29,020 nucleotides of DNA from positions 1-29,020 of the IMG/VR virus record IMGVR_UViG_3300028569_000129; one strand, 5' to 3'. Positions 21,401 through 28,346 of this stretch are shown in pieces. How positions within the stretch are numbered: the first letter of the stretch is position 1; every line of letters starts with the position of its first letter. The notes below the pieces were generated by a model. The model searched no databases and was not told the DNA's origin. It saw nothing but the letters and a program-made list of their open reading frames with translations. Position numbers and translations under genes: made by a program. The DNA comes from a virus. Taxonomy: Duplodnaviria > Caudoviricetes.

Positions 21401-24400
21401 TTATATCCAACTCCAGAACTTACAATTTTTACTGATGTTACTTTATCATTTGTTAAAATCGCAGTCAATAATGAACCAGAACCATTTCCATCTACTATAA
21501 GTTTTGGTGGTGATGTATATGAATTGCCACCATCATTAATTAAAACTTCTACAATTTTTCCTTCAACAACAATTGGATACAAAATAGCACCAGAACCACT
21601 TGTTACTTCAATTTCGGGTTCTCTTTTATAATTGATAATATCAGAAGATCCATATTGAATTCCTCTATTTGTTAAATGAACTGAAGTTATTTGACCCTGA
21701 AAAATTGGTTGTATCTTACATTTAAATTCCTCGGTTGAAACCGAAGAAATTCCTATATTTCCAATTACATTTACCGATATTTCTGGATAATTGAATATAT
21801 GAGTACCAATACCGATGCTTGTAATATTTACATATTGTTTTGTATCATAGAAGAAAGTTTGATTGTTTGTTGTTAATCCCACATTGGACAACTTAAAACT
21901 ATCTTTATCAATTGTTGTAACGTAATATTGACTTGTGGTTGATATTCCTGAAGCAGCTGATCCATCAACGGAATATGTCAATAACTCTCCGGATTTATAA
22001 TCATGATCAACAATTCGTATTACATCAAGAGATGTAATAATTCCTACAGGTGAACAAGTTCTCTTTTTATTTTCATATCCACTTCCAGAATTTAATACTG
22101 ATATTGAACTTACTATTTTCTTTTTATTATATGCCTCAAATGTATGATTTCCCTTACCATATGAAATTAATGATATGGTATTAATACCCAAAACAGAATC
22201 ATTAAAAGTTTTGTGTAACTTTATTGTAGTTGGATTTTGAACAGAAACATAATAACTAGAATCTGTTGATAATCCAGATATTGCTTTTTGAGAAAAAGTT
22301 TTATATATTAATAATTCATTATTTCTAAATTTATGATATGTTGTAAATCCTATAGTATTGTTTGATATATTAACCACTGCAGATTTTTCTTCAGCACTAA
22401 AAGTTACTTCATGTAAGGTATCTGTTAATATTGCCTCTGCTGTAGCATCTCTTCCGTTGCCTCCAGATATTTTTATTGTGGGAGTTTCTAAATAATCGAA
22501 TCCTTGGTTTATAATTTTTATTTCTTTTAAATTTCCTTTCACTGCCACATATCCAGTGGCACCAATTCCAATAGAATCTCTAATTATTAATTGTGGAAGA
22601 TTTATAATATCATATTCTTCTCCACCAGCAACAACATTTATATTTTCAATATTTCCATAATAAATTGAATCTATTGATTTGTAATTTAAAATTTCTACTC
22701 CATTTATCAATATTCCAGTTTGTCCTGGATTTGTGGGATATAAATTACCATCGTTTATAGGAGGAGAAATTTCTCTCAAAAGTTTTTGATTTGCTAAAGA
22801 TTTTCCTTTAAAATACAATAATTCAAGTTTATTGTTAACTACATTTTTATCCGAAGATAATCTAACATAAATTTCATTGAAAATATTTGATCTACTTCTA
22901 GACAATTTAATATCATTTTGATTTATTCTTTTAACATAATAAATCCCCTCTTCAAATAGAGAACTTAAAACTGTATCACCATCTTTTTCTGGAGTATAAT
23001 AAACAGCATCGCCAGTGTAGAAACCATGATCTGAATTTGGTGTTATTTTAAAAATTTCACCCTCAAGAAATGTTCCATTTAGTGTATATGTTAATATCCT
23101 AGTGTTAATTGGTTTTGAATAATATGGAATAGATGGAGAAGAAACTAGTATTTTATTTTGGAGTTTGTAAACATTTTGAACATTTGCAGAAATTTCATTA
23201 ATATTGTGTTTTGTTGAAACTGCCTTTATTCTATTTCTTTTTAAAATAAATTTAGAATTTAAATTTATAATATTATCACCATCACAATCAAAAACTTTGT
23301 CGCTTAAAATATTTTCTATACTGAAATTAAAGATTGATCCGTCAGAACTTTTAATTGTTATTAAATCACCTATTCTAAATGTATGAGAATCAAATAAAGT
23401 AATACGATAAGTTCTTGGAAGTTGAGCACTTATATCTTTAACTTCAAATGTTGGAGATGTATTAAAATACCAATTATTTGATAAAATATCTTTTAAATTT
23501 ACACCCAAAGTTTTTATTTTAATTTTTTCCCCAACGCTATGGTAGTATGAATCATAGTTTATATTTAAAGAATTCAATACCGAACGTATTTTAACTTTTA
23601 TTAAATTTGAAGTACCTATACCAACATAAGCATATGCAAAAGTATTAATATCAATTAAACTATTATCTGGTATAGTTGCTGTTATTCCAGAACAATTTAA
23701 AAATTGGGTGAAAGTTTTTGAGTCATAACCGATAACACCCGATTCACCATTTGGGTATATTACAGATAATTCTCCACTCAAAGGAAATCCTAAAGTGGAA
23801 TCAACATCAATATATGTTTGTCCTATTGAAACTTGACCTATTGTTTTTGTTTTTGGATGAACTGAAAATTTTCCGTAAATTGCACCCTCAACCACAATAT
23901 CTCTATCATATCCAGAATCTAAACTTATTTCATAATAATTTATGTCCACAATTCCAGTATTTACTTGTTCTACCTTTGTTACTGGTGCAAATGCTTTAGT
24001 TATATTTGAATATGTGTCTTGACGAAGAGTTAGATTTTCCAATTCAAATGGATTTCCAAATACACTTTCAATAACTAAATTGTTTGTTATTCTATAACCA
24101 GCATCTGATGGTCTAAATAAGAACTCTCTTGGTTTTATTACTTCAACATTTTCCCCATAAAGGGCTAAGAATAGAATTTTAAATGATTGATCAGTTCCCT
24201 TAGATGAATAAAAATCTTTTGATTGTTTAATAAAAATATTTTGATTTAAAGGAAAATCATCACTTGGTCCACCAGGAAATCTTTGTACTTTTTTAGTTGC
24301 CAAATTTCTTTCATCAAATCCTGGCAGAAATTGTTTTTTTATTTTGCTTAAAAATTCTTTTAAAAATAAAATACTTAAATTTTGTATGTCATCTCCAGTA

Positions 24401-24846
24401 TTATGTTCTTGTGATATTGAGGATTCAAAAACTAATGATTCTGGATCTCCAATTTTTTTATATGAGGTTATTCCAGAAAATCCTCTTATACATTCTAAAA
24501 ATGAATATTTATTTTTACTTTTATATGTAATTATTTCACTGTTAATTTTAAGAAGTCCATATGAATCTGGAAAATCGTCTGTTGTTCCAGAATCCGCATC
24601 TATATTGATTGTGGTGTCACTGAAAGAAATATTGCCGTTTAATTTAACACTCTGCTTAAAATTAGTATTATCATTTAGTTTTATATAGCGATCAATGTTT
24701 TGTATTAAATCCGCAGAAGCACCTTGATATTCTTGACTAATATAATATTGAGATAAAAATTCAGAAATAAGAGGAAATTCTTCTCTTACATATTCTGGAA
24801 GTTGATTTTTAACAACGTTGCTTAATTGAACTCTTTTTTCTGTCAT
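12487..24846 (-). CDS. gp7: Giant baseplate wedge initiator gp7-like protein (4119 aa), multi-module
   Basis: Between gp6 and gp8; N-terminal QLPEYVREEFPLISEFLSQYY and IKQSKDFYSSKGTDQSFKILF; internal QRIQDSFYYQNFSYSLKS...HTPGFKKF, typical of cyanophage gp7. Confidence 0.85.
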   Translation of the reverse strand: MTEKRVQLSNVVKNQLPEYVREEFPLISEFLSQYYISQEYQGASADLIQNIDRYIKLNDNTNFKQSVKLNGNISFSDTTINIDADSGTTDDFPDSYGLLKINSEIITYKSKNKYSFLECIRGFSGITSYKKIGDPESLVFESSISQEHNTGDDIQNLSILFLKEFLSKIKKQFLPGFDERNLATKKVQRFPGGPSDDFPLNQNIFIKQSKDFYSSKGTDQSFKILFLALYGENVEVIKPREFLFRPSDAGYRITNNLVIESVFGNPFELENLTLRQDTYSNITKAFAPVTKVEQVNTGIVDINYYEISLDSGYDRDIVVEGAIYGKFSVHPKTKTIGQVSIGQTYIDVDSTLGFPLSGELSVIYPNGESGVIGYDSKTFTQFLNCSGITATIPDNSLIDINTFAYAYVGIGTSNLIKVKIRSVLNSLNINYDSYYHSVGEKIKIKTLGVNLKDILSNNWYFNTSPTFEVKDISAQLPRTYRITLFDSHTFRIGDLITIKSSDGSIFNFSIENILSDKVFDCDGDNIINLNSKFILKRNRIKAVSTKHNINEISANVQNVYKLQNKILVSSPSIPYYSKPINTRILTYTLNGTFLEGEIFKITPNSDHGFYTGDAVYYTPEKDGDTVLSSLFEEGIYYVKRINQNDIKLSRSRSNIFNEIYVRLSSDKNVVNNKLELLYFKGKSLANQKLLREISPPINDGNLYPTNPGQTGILINGVEILNYKSIDSIYYGNIENINVVAGGEEYDIINLPQLIIRDSIGIGATGYVAVKGNLKEIKIINQGFDYLETPTIKISGGNGRDATAEAILTDTLHEVTFSAEEKSAVVNISNNTIGFTTYHKFRNNELLIYKTFSQKAISGLSTDSSYYVSVQNPTTIKLHKTFNDSVLGINTISLISYGKGNHTFEAYNKKKIVSSISVLNSGSGYENKKRTCSPVGIITSLDVIRIVDHDYKSGELLTYSVDGSAASGISTTSQYYVTTIDKDSFKLSNVGLTTNNQTFFYDTKQYVNITSIGIGTHIFNYPEISVNVIGNIGISSVSTEEFKCKIQPIFQGQITSVHLTNRGIQYGSSDIINYKREPEIEVTSGSGAILYPIVVEGKIVEVLINDGGNSYTSPPKLIVDGNGSGSLLTAILTNDKVTSVKIVSSGVGYNQNLTNIKVVSPGSGVKFISNIKSWNINLFKKYFDILNDDDGIVYTSINRNYGLEYCHLYAPRELRKTSYSTDSSGISKYLETDLQQLDGVGREIDSLNHSPIIGWAYDGNPIYGPYAYISKKGGSVVRMKSGYILSLDSNRPPLPPEFFVEDFKYFPSDDETVLDENNGRFCKTPDFPNGTYAYFATFETALESGGIFNGFRKPKFPFLIGKNYVSKPNLFNFNPNSNQDEYDLNDNTWLRNSHSYNLNEKNSYYEYLIFPNKLKEHISEVKTIDVGSIESVGVVTGGIDYKVGDELILDVTNIGSGGFKSKVSKISGKGVNSVSVSSTSITNIEFYPVGGSGNFIGFSSLPHGLNNFDLIEISGLSTSSSFMEGFYKIGISTNNLLLSGIGTTTLGISSTGVTGIVTYISIKGSLLYPNIRENDILQIGQEKVKVLNIDTLSSRIRILREIDGTVGFSHTAGTPIYEISRKFNVNVGYRTSFSNLKNREIYFNPSESLGLGTISGVGIGTTIIFSNPGAGITEIFIPTKTLYIENHNLQTGDNLLYNSNGGSTIQTFTTGIGTTSVINNTIFYVAKITSDLIGISTIKVGIGTTGTIVGIASTTQNISTLYFSGIGTGFYHSFKVNYPEILTGRIDKNLVTVSTAETHGLSSNDFVTIEVNPKISKTFIVKYNDYNRRITIGSKSFLAADVNITTNTITIIRHDLLEGQKIIHTANSPSGGLENNKIYYINVVDKDNIRLSNTFYDSTNSKPSFINLSSSSDGTLSLINPQLNAYKNSTLIFDLSDSSLSHNQDTSSVSSFDFDLFVSSNFNKKYEKIENNSLTIQKKGIIGVSTNAQVLVNINEKTPQLLYYKLNPTNLLSIPETKKEIVIDNEVFENNSIFIKNSFYNGNYEILVSTGNTFTYNLEKYPEEISYTSENSEINYITDSVNVSGPINSVDIISGGYNFDVLPGISSIITNNGSGAILNLQSSSIGAIKSTRIKNIGFDYPTDFTMRPTFRIPKILKLEPLSSFDNVGITSSGIGYVVAPKLIVIDGKTKNRINDVDLRYNVSDNSVSILKNTKGIFEVIPTILPIQNCNGIGISSISYNSTTKDVTLTLSVGFTTVSGFPFSINEKIIVEGISVSSGSTAKGYNSENYNYELFTVKNINPNYGGLTANIVYNLSGFLSEGEDPGIFDPVESSGIVVPEKYFPIFNLKLKKNIFYLGEEVTTLSSNSLGKIFRLDPITEYVIIETTDDFEEGQILLGKSSDAQALIKESQGFEFDYKLDSFSKVYGGWSYDAGLINETSQRIQDSFYYQNFSYSLKSKVDYDDWNDAVSNLNHTPGFKKFSDYQLESNSLNTNSLVVGSTDIDLKLDLVGVVDLNCVYNFDLVSENALNINSNIVSDEIIFNSVILKDYNESIGNRVLLFDDISNQFNSNPRSTQYAIIHRVATSYARTQKYIIFTRDARYPDEKQLTVATFLIDNDNFTYLNQYGVEGQDDLGDFDVAIDGSDVILQFYPHKFSVNDYDITSISYNIKDSLTSVGSSDFGCVSIATSSILVSTGSTTTIVGIATTYISSKILVEIGTPNGLFQYDELNLIHNGSDVKLLEFGKINNISNEEYVGSGLGTYNAYISGSQINLDFAPNPGIAATVNLIRVSIGDTSSTGIGTYQMRHVLIRGSSTSIASSTSPTSNIIETYDQTYDAAYFIVQVSDITNNNHQMSEVLVIDNETYSQTYQTEYAIVETASGLGTVGSAHSTFTNLTFTPNPNIDVVVKVYMNAFKYDETLLPDQINFNNAIVETDFSEYFGTETEIKREFGLTYETYPVFVRDFLGNNSSIVDITKNTIKLPNHFFVTGEKLTYTYAGVGSTQAIGIATTSVTGVGITDKLPSTVYVVKNDDKTIRLSESAINALKPNPITFDITHVGIGTSHTLIAHNQNNKVLITLDNNIQSPIVSTSQTTTLAKEANSIDDIIYFTGITSFFGGDLIKIGNEIIRIDGVGIGSTNAIRVKRSWLGTNYAGYSTGSLVTKVTGNYNIIGNTLNFVSAPYGNIPLSTSTNSPDERDWLGISTNSKFHGRMFMRSGEPNNSNETYYRNYIFDDISDSFTGITSTFTLKSSGSDISGISTNNAIILINEIFQAPLVINGISDDYILSESLGKTNISFVGSAQTIGNDIGISSFPRGGMIVSVGSTSGFGYQPLISAGGTSIISVAGTVQSISIGNTGSGYRTSPSYEIVTDTSYPVGIGSTTIYLENSNSVFSILSLLNTGSNCSIGVGTFIGIGGVITSIGSTFIRIGTASTSQYAIPSGTQAVVKISNPQIGIVNIGVANSSTGIATITHVGYSTIISGRISTSVTITNPGSGYTTKNSPFVIIDDPNSYSNIPLIYSSPSSGFGTGAKIDIVVGQGSSIIDFEIQSTGYGYGQGQILTLPIGGLSGIPTTSSYIPFKITIEKTINDKFSGWSLGELQVLDNFDSLFNGKRRVFSLKLAGEAISILSGPGSNIKVEYTLLVFINNILQVPGEGYSFKGGANIIFTEAPKEGDTSNIIFYRGSGDIDVLKREVLSTVKAGDNLTIEYSASLGQSPIIQEEERIVIDVPNVNVVSTNSYYGPGNVDNPDLLRPVNWCRQVEDVFINSKIVGKSRDIYEASINPSAYLIKSVGAGDTEVYVDNIRPFFNPINELNPSGLSPALDHLSFQKNIFIISQDSKVSASATAIVSSAGTISSIIINDGGVGYTTTPTVSIAEISGVGIGTTFTAQSLAIVSNSSVISIAITNPGFGYTSSNPPIVLIESPKIVFEHNKILSYEGDFGIVSGISSISVGIASTGIVFDLLISKDSFLRGSNIAGITSVSGITTVSGIQTGYYFIVYNSNVGNGVTSLDSNGSVVGIGTSYLDNVYEVSSVSIAQTHAVGFGLTYVAKVVVSLSNYNSLSGFGFSSFYGEYSWGRLLFDNRSESNTSKEYNAYTKNGVTGIKTGSILNRKNPLKYSNYII

Positions 24847-24850
24847 TTTA

Positions 24851-26773
24851 TTATAGTCTTACTAAATTGCCATTACTGTAACTTGAAGATACTGTATAAT
24901 TTGAAGCTGAAAAATCCAGTCCAGATGAGATTGAATCTTGAATCATTTCAAAATTACTTTTACTCATGTCTAGTCTCAAATACAAATCTTGTTTTCCAAT
25001 TACATCATTAGATTTTGGAATTGAGGATATTTCTATAATATCTCGTCCATCCTTAAATTTTGCAGAAATTATATTAATAGTATTTAACGTTATAATTCCA
25101 TTTTTATAATCAATAGATCCAGCATTTTGTTTTTCTACAACAAAATCTTTAGATGTTGGTGAGGGTAAACTAAAAATAAAAATACTTCCTTTTGTAGAAT
25201 CATTAATGTCAACAGAATCTGTAAAATATACATTTTTAATCTGATTTCCAATTCTTATTCTAAAAGATGATGTTTTAATATTAAATTTTGATTCTTTTAT
25301 ATGAAATTCATTTCCAAAACCTATTTGATATTCAACAAAAGAATTTATAGAAACTCTCAAATCTCTTCTCATTTGAACAGTTGTTATATTTGAAGTTATT
25401 GATGTATCACTTTGATCTATAACTTTTAAAAATTTACTATATTTAAACTTTGCTCCATATCTATTTAATTCACTAGAATCTACATACTTTTGCACGTTAG
25501 AATTTACAATACTTTTGACATATGCAGAATCTGGTGCCAGGTTTGTATTATAATATATTTTTGAATCTACTTCAACTTCAAGATATTTTAAATCTAGTAT
25601 TTCTGGAACAATTCCAGCAACAGCATATTTTTTAAGTTTATTTTTAATATTTTCTTTAATCAAATTTGGGATAAAATCTCCATTTCTTGGTTTGATACTT
25701 ATAAAAACTTTTCCATATTGTGGTGGAGATAAGTCTTCTCCACCAAAAACAGTCAATGATTCAGTTTCTGGATATATACGAGAAGGGATTAAAGATTCAT
25801 AGTCACTAACAGTTAATGCTCTATTGTAAGAAGAATAGACTTTTGGTGCGTATTTTTTAATTGATTCTACTGATTCAATTACATCACCTCCACTTGAATT
25901 TGTATTTGCTGTTAATAGAGATATTCCAGAAGTTATATTAATAATTGTATCATTTTTGACATATGTTAGTCTCCCACTGAATATGAATTGATTTATTCCG
26001 TTTGCCAAATCGCCATTACTTACAATATATTCAATTTCTATTTCATCACCATCTTGAAGTTTTCTACCAAAAATACCATCAGGAAAAAGTAATTCGTATC
26101 TTTCGTCTTCAATTTCTTGAATAAAATAAATTCTAGATTCTGAATTGAGATCAAATAAATCATTTTTTAATTGATATTTCACTCTTGTCCCATTTTCTAT
26201 CACAAAAACATTTATGAGTTGCGTGTCAATACCTGAGTTTGGAATAATAAATCTTTGTTGTTGATTAAAAGAACTTACGGTAAAACTTGTCGATAATAAA
26301 TTTCCTTCATATACTGAAATATTATTAAATGATGCAATATTATCGAATACTGGAACAGTAACATCATTTAATATTGAAAAGATAAATGAAGAGTTTCCAA
26401 AAGATCCCGAAGAAGAAGCAACTGGACCCTTTCTAAGAACTAAAGATGATGGTTTTAAAGTTTCGCTTGAAGTATCTACAAAAAAAGAAATATTAGCCTC
26501 TGAAGATTTTTTTGATCTTGGTACATATCCAATATTTCTTGCAAGTGCTACTACATTTTCTCTCAACGTTGCACTATCAATAAAAACTTCATTAGTTACC
26601 ATATTGGCATTGTATGAAGTAATATATGTATTATATGCCAATACATCTAAAATTGAGGATAGATTTGAACCCTCAAAATCATAATCCGTAAAGTTTGAAT
26701 TGGATCTCAGATAATCTTTAAGAGTGGTTTTTATCTGGTTAAAATCCAGATTTGAAAAATTTACTAATGCCAT
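24851..26773 (-). CDS. gp6: Baseplate wedge subunit gp6
   Basis: LDFNQIKTTLKDYLRSNSNFTDYDFEGSNLSSILDVLAYNTY...NEVFIDSATLRENVVALARNIGYVPRS; RALTVSDYE; GGEDLSPPQYGKVFISIKP. Confidence 0.95.
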   Translation of the reverse strand: MALVNFSNLDFNQIKTTLKDYLRSNSNFTDYDFEGSNLSSILDVLAYNTYITSYNANMVTNEVFIDSATLRENVVALARNIGYVPRSKKSSEANISFFVDTSSETLKPSSLVLRKGPVASSSGSFGNSSFIFSILNDVTVPVFDNIASFNNISVYEGNLLSTSFTVSSFNQQQRFIIPNSGIDTQLINVFVIENGTRVKYQLKNDLFDLNSESRIYFIQEIEDERYELLFPDGIFGRKLQDGDEIEIEYIVSNGDLANGINQFIFSGRLTYVKNDTIINITSGISLLTANTNSSGGDVIESVESIKKYAPKVYSSYNRALTVSDYESLIPSRIYPETESLTVFGGEDLSPPQYGKVFISIKPRNGDFIPNLIKENIKNKLKKYAVAGIVPEILDLKYLEVEVDSKIYYNTNLAPDSAYVKSIVNSNVQKYVDSSELNRYGAKFKYSKFLKVIDQSDTSITSNITTVQMRRDLRVSINSFVEYQIGFGNEFHIKESKFNIKTSSFRIRIGNQIKNVYFTDSVDINDSTKGSIFIFSLPSPTSKDFVVEKQNAGSIDYKNGIITLNTINIISAKFKDGRDIIEISSIPKSNDVIGKQDLYLRLDMSKSNFEMIQDSISSGLDFSASNYTVSSSYSNGNLVRL

Positions 26774-26775
26774 TT

Positions 26776-27177
26776 TTACCTAGTAGGTTGCAAAACGAAC
26801 TCTAATTGTTGTATGGGTACATCAACACCAACAACTCTATAAATGATAGTTACATTATATTCATTATTATCATAATCTGGATCTGTTTTAACTTCAATCA
26901 ATTCAACTCTTGGTTCATAATTTAAAATTGAATTTTCAATCTCATCTTGAATAATAGATGCCGATATATCATCAACATTTTCAAATAAAACTTTTGATAC
27001 TTTAGAACCAAAATTTTCATCAAAGATTTTTTCGCCAGGAATAGTAAATACAATATTACGAATTGAACGGGCAATTGCAGTTTCATTTTTTAGGGCAATC
27101 AAGTCACTACTCAAAGGATTACTTTGAAAAGACATACTGATGTCTTTGAAACCTTGACTGACTCGCTCTAAAGGCAT
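26776..27177 (-). CDS. gp25: Baseplate wedge subunit gp25 (GPW/gp25 family)
   Basis: FKDISMSF..NP...DLIALKNETAIARSIRNIVFTIPGEKIF...FGS...LFE...ILNYEPRV; directly upstream of gp6. Confidence 0.93.
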   Translation of the reverse strand: MPLERVSQGFKDISMSFQSNPLSSDLIALKNETAIARSIRNIVFTIPGEKIFDENFGSKVSKVLFENVDDISASIIQDEIENSILNYEPRVELIEVKTDPDYDNNEYNVTIIYRVVGVDVPIQQLEFVLQPTR

Positions 27178-27197
27178 TGAATATTATGAATCTATAT

Positions 27198-27205
27198 TAT
27201 TTATT
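27198..27205 (-). promoter_or_regulatory. T4-type late promoter core (AATAAATA)
   Basis: ATAAATA in a 30-nt gap, ending 20 nt upstream of the gp25 ATG. Confidence 0.7.
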
Positions 27206-27207
27206 CA

Positions 27208-27459
27208 CTAAAATTCGGTTAATGGAATGGGTTCGGTTCCATACTCCCAATCATCATAATCATCATCATTTCGAATTTTTTCGTGAAGTTCTTTCTGTAT
27301 TACAAAATCATGTTTTTTGGGTGTAAGATCATCATTTGAGATCTCACGAAGCATCTTTTGCTTTTTAATTTTCTCTTCCCAACCATATTCACTGGAGAGA
27401 TATGATGTTCCCCATTGATCTTTCATATAATCCGAGTCCTTATCTACTTTTTTGATCAT
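27208..27459 (-). CDS. Small acidic phage hypothetical protein (83 aa)
   Basis: AGGAG Shine-Dalgarno 7 nt upstream of the ATG; acidic/aromatic tail NDDDYDDWEYG; ends in TAG just before the gp25 promoter. Confidence 0.8.
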   Translation of the reverse strand: MIKKVDKDSDYMKDQWGTSYLSSEYGWEEKIKKQKMLREISNDDLTPKKHDFVIQKELHEKIRNDDDYDDWEYGTEPIPLTEF

Positions 27460-28135
27460 TGGTTTGCTCCTGATTTGGTAAATCAGAACTTTTTACGGGG
27501 TTTCTATCCCGAATTTCACTGATTTCATACATAAAATCGTCAGATGTTTCAATTTTTCGAAGATTTTCAACAGAATATTCGGTTAAATCGATTTCATACC
27601 CAGGATTTTTGGTGATTCTATTGCGTATCCAAGCATCATCGTACCATAAAATCTTGTTATTTGGATATGCATAGAAGTTTCCATTATCCATTTTAAAGAA
27701 ATGGGCACATTTATGTTCTGGTGTCTCACTAAAGTTTGTATTTAAAGTAGATTTTGATTCCCAGGACCAATCAAGAGTAAACAAATAAGTTCCTTCATTC
27801 TTTTTCCCCTTATAGTCAATAAGTTAGGCACGTAAGTTAGCCAATCTTGAACGTACTTGGACATCAACATAAGGAGAAAAACAATCCCACCACATACATT
27901 CCTCTAATTTTGGAACTTGTGCATTTGGTTTCCAACAAAATGCATTAATTGGTCTTCTTGTCCAGTTGACTCCGTTCTCTAGAAACGCCTCAAAGAGGGG
28001 TACATGCTTCTCTAAGGATGCTACGGAGTGTACGTCGCATAAAGTTACCTCTCCATGCCCCTTTTTATGATTATAAAGAAACTCATTACGGATATAGCAA
28101 GTAAAAGTTGGAAGATTGTGATTTAAGTAAGACAT
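27440..28135 (-). pseudogene. One ~231-codon phage hypothetical gene interrupted by a single in-frame TAA at 27824-27826 (pseudogene, sequencing error or readthrough)
   Basis: ORFs 27824..28135 and 27440..27784 share a frame and the gap is open: ...RLANLRA*LIDYKGKKNEGTYLFTLDW...EHKCAHFFKMDNGNFYAYPNNKILW. Confidence 0.75.
27466..27511 (-). promoter_or_regulatory. Candidate cis-regulatory RNA: two hairpins, the second sequestering the SD of the 83-aa gene
   Basis: Minus strand CGGG-ATAGAAAC-CCCG TAAAAAG TTCTGATTT-ACC-AAATCAGGA GC; the 9-bp second stem (one U-G) covers AGGA of AGGAG. Confidence 0.55.
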
Positions 28136-28230
28136 TTACAGATTTCTTTTTTTTTTATTCTCTTCAAGTCCCCTTCAAGCGAGAAGCGGTTGCGCTGCTC
28201 ATAAAGTAAATAAGAGTCTTAACTAGTTAT

Positions 28231-28269
28231 AAAAAATAAAAAGACACTTGAAGAGTCTTCAAATGTCTT
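28231..28269 (-). terminator. Intrinsic (rho-independent) terminator
   Basis: Minus strand AAGACATTTGAAG-ACT-CTTCAAGTGTCTT (13-bp stem, one U-G) followed by TTTATTTTTT; starts 6 nt after the 22-aa ORF stop. Confidence 0.75.
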
Positions 28270-28275
28270 GAGAGA

Positions 28276-28344
28276 TTATTTTTTAGGTAGTGTACGTTTA
28301 TCTGGGCGGCTATATCCGCCTTTGTGAATCCATTTAACTCCCAT
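28276..28344 (-). CDS. Putative 22-aa basic micropeptide MGVKWIHKGGYSRPDKRTLPKK
   Basis: Manual translation; ATG lies 2 nt after the upstream stop (TAAAAATG, identical to the gp25-gp6 junction) and the stop lies just before the terminator. Confidence 0.45.
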   Translation of the reverse strand: MGVKWIHKGGYSRPDKRTLPKK

Positions 28345-28346
28345 TT

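Noticed and set aside
12487-24846. Intein, intron or homing endonuclease explaining the size of gp7
   Set aside because: No intein splice-junction pair or LAGLIDADG/HNH/GIY-YIG motif was seen; repeated structural modules account for the length.
1315-25011. Short plus-strand ORFs (e.g. 1315..1542, 13832..14131, 24344..24688) and minus-strand alternative-frame ORFs (5396..5650, 12002..12223)
   Set aside because: All overlap long, well-supported structural genes, have no recognisable motifs and show shadow-frame composition.
27824-27826. Alternative genetic code with TAA reassigned
   Set aside because: TAA terminates gp6, gp7, gp8, gp13, gp14 and gp25 at expected C-termini, and TAG and TGA also act as stops.
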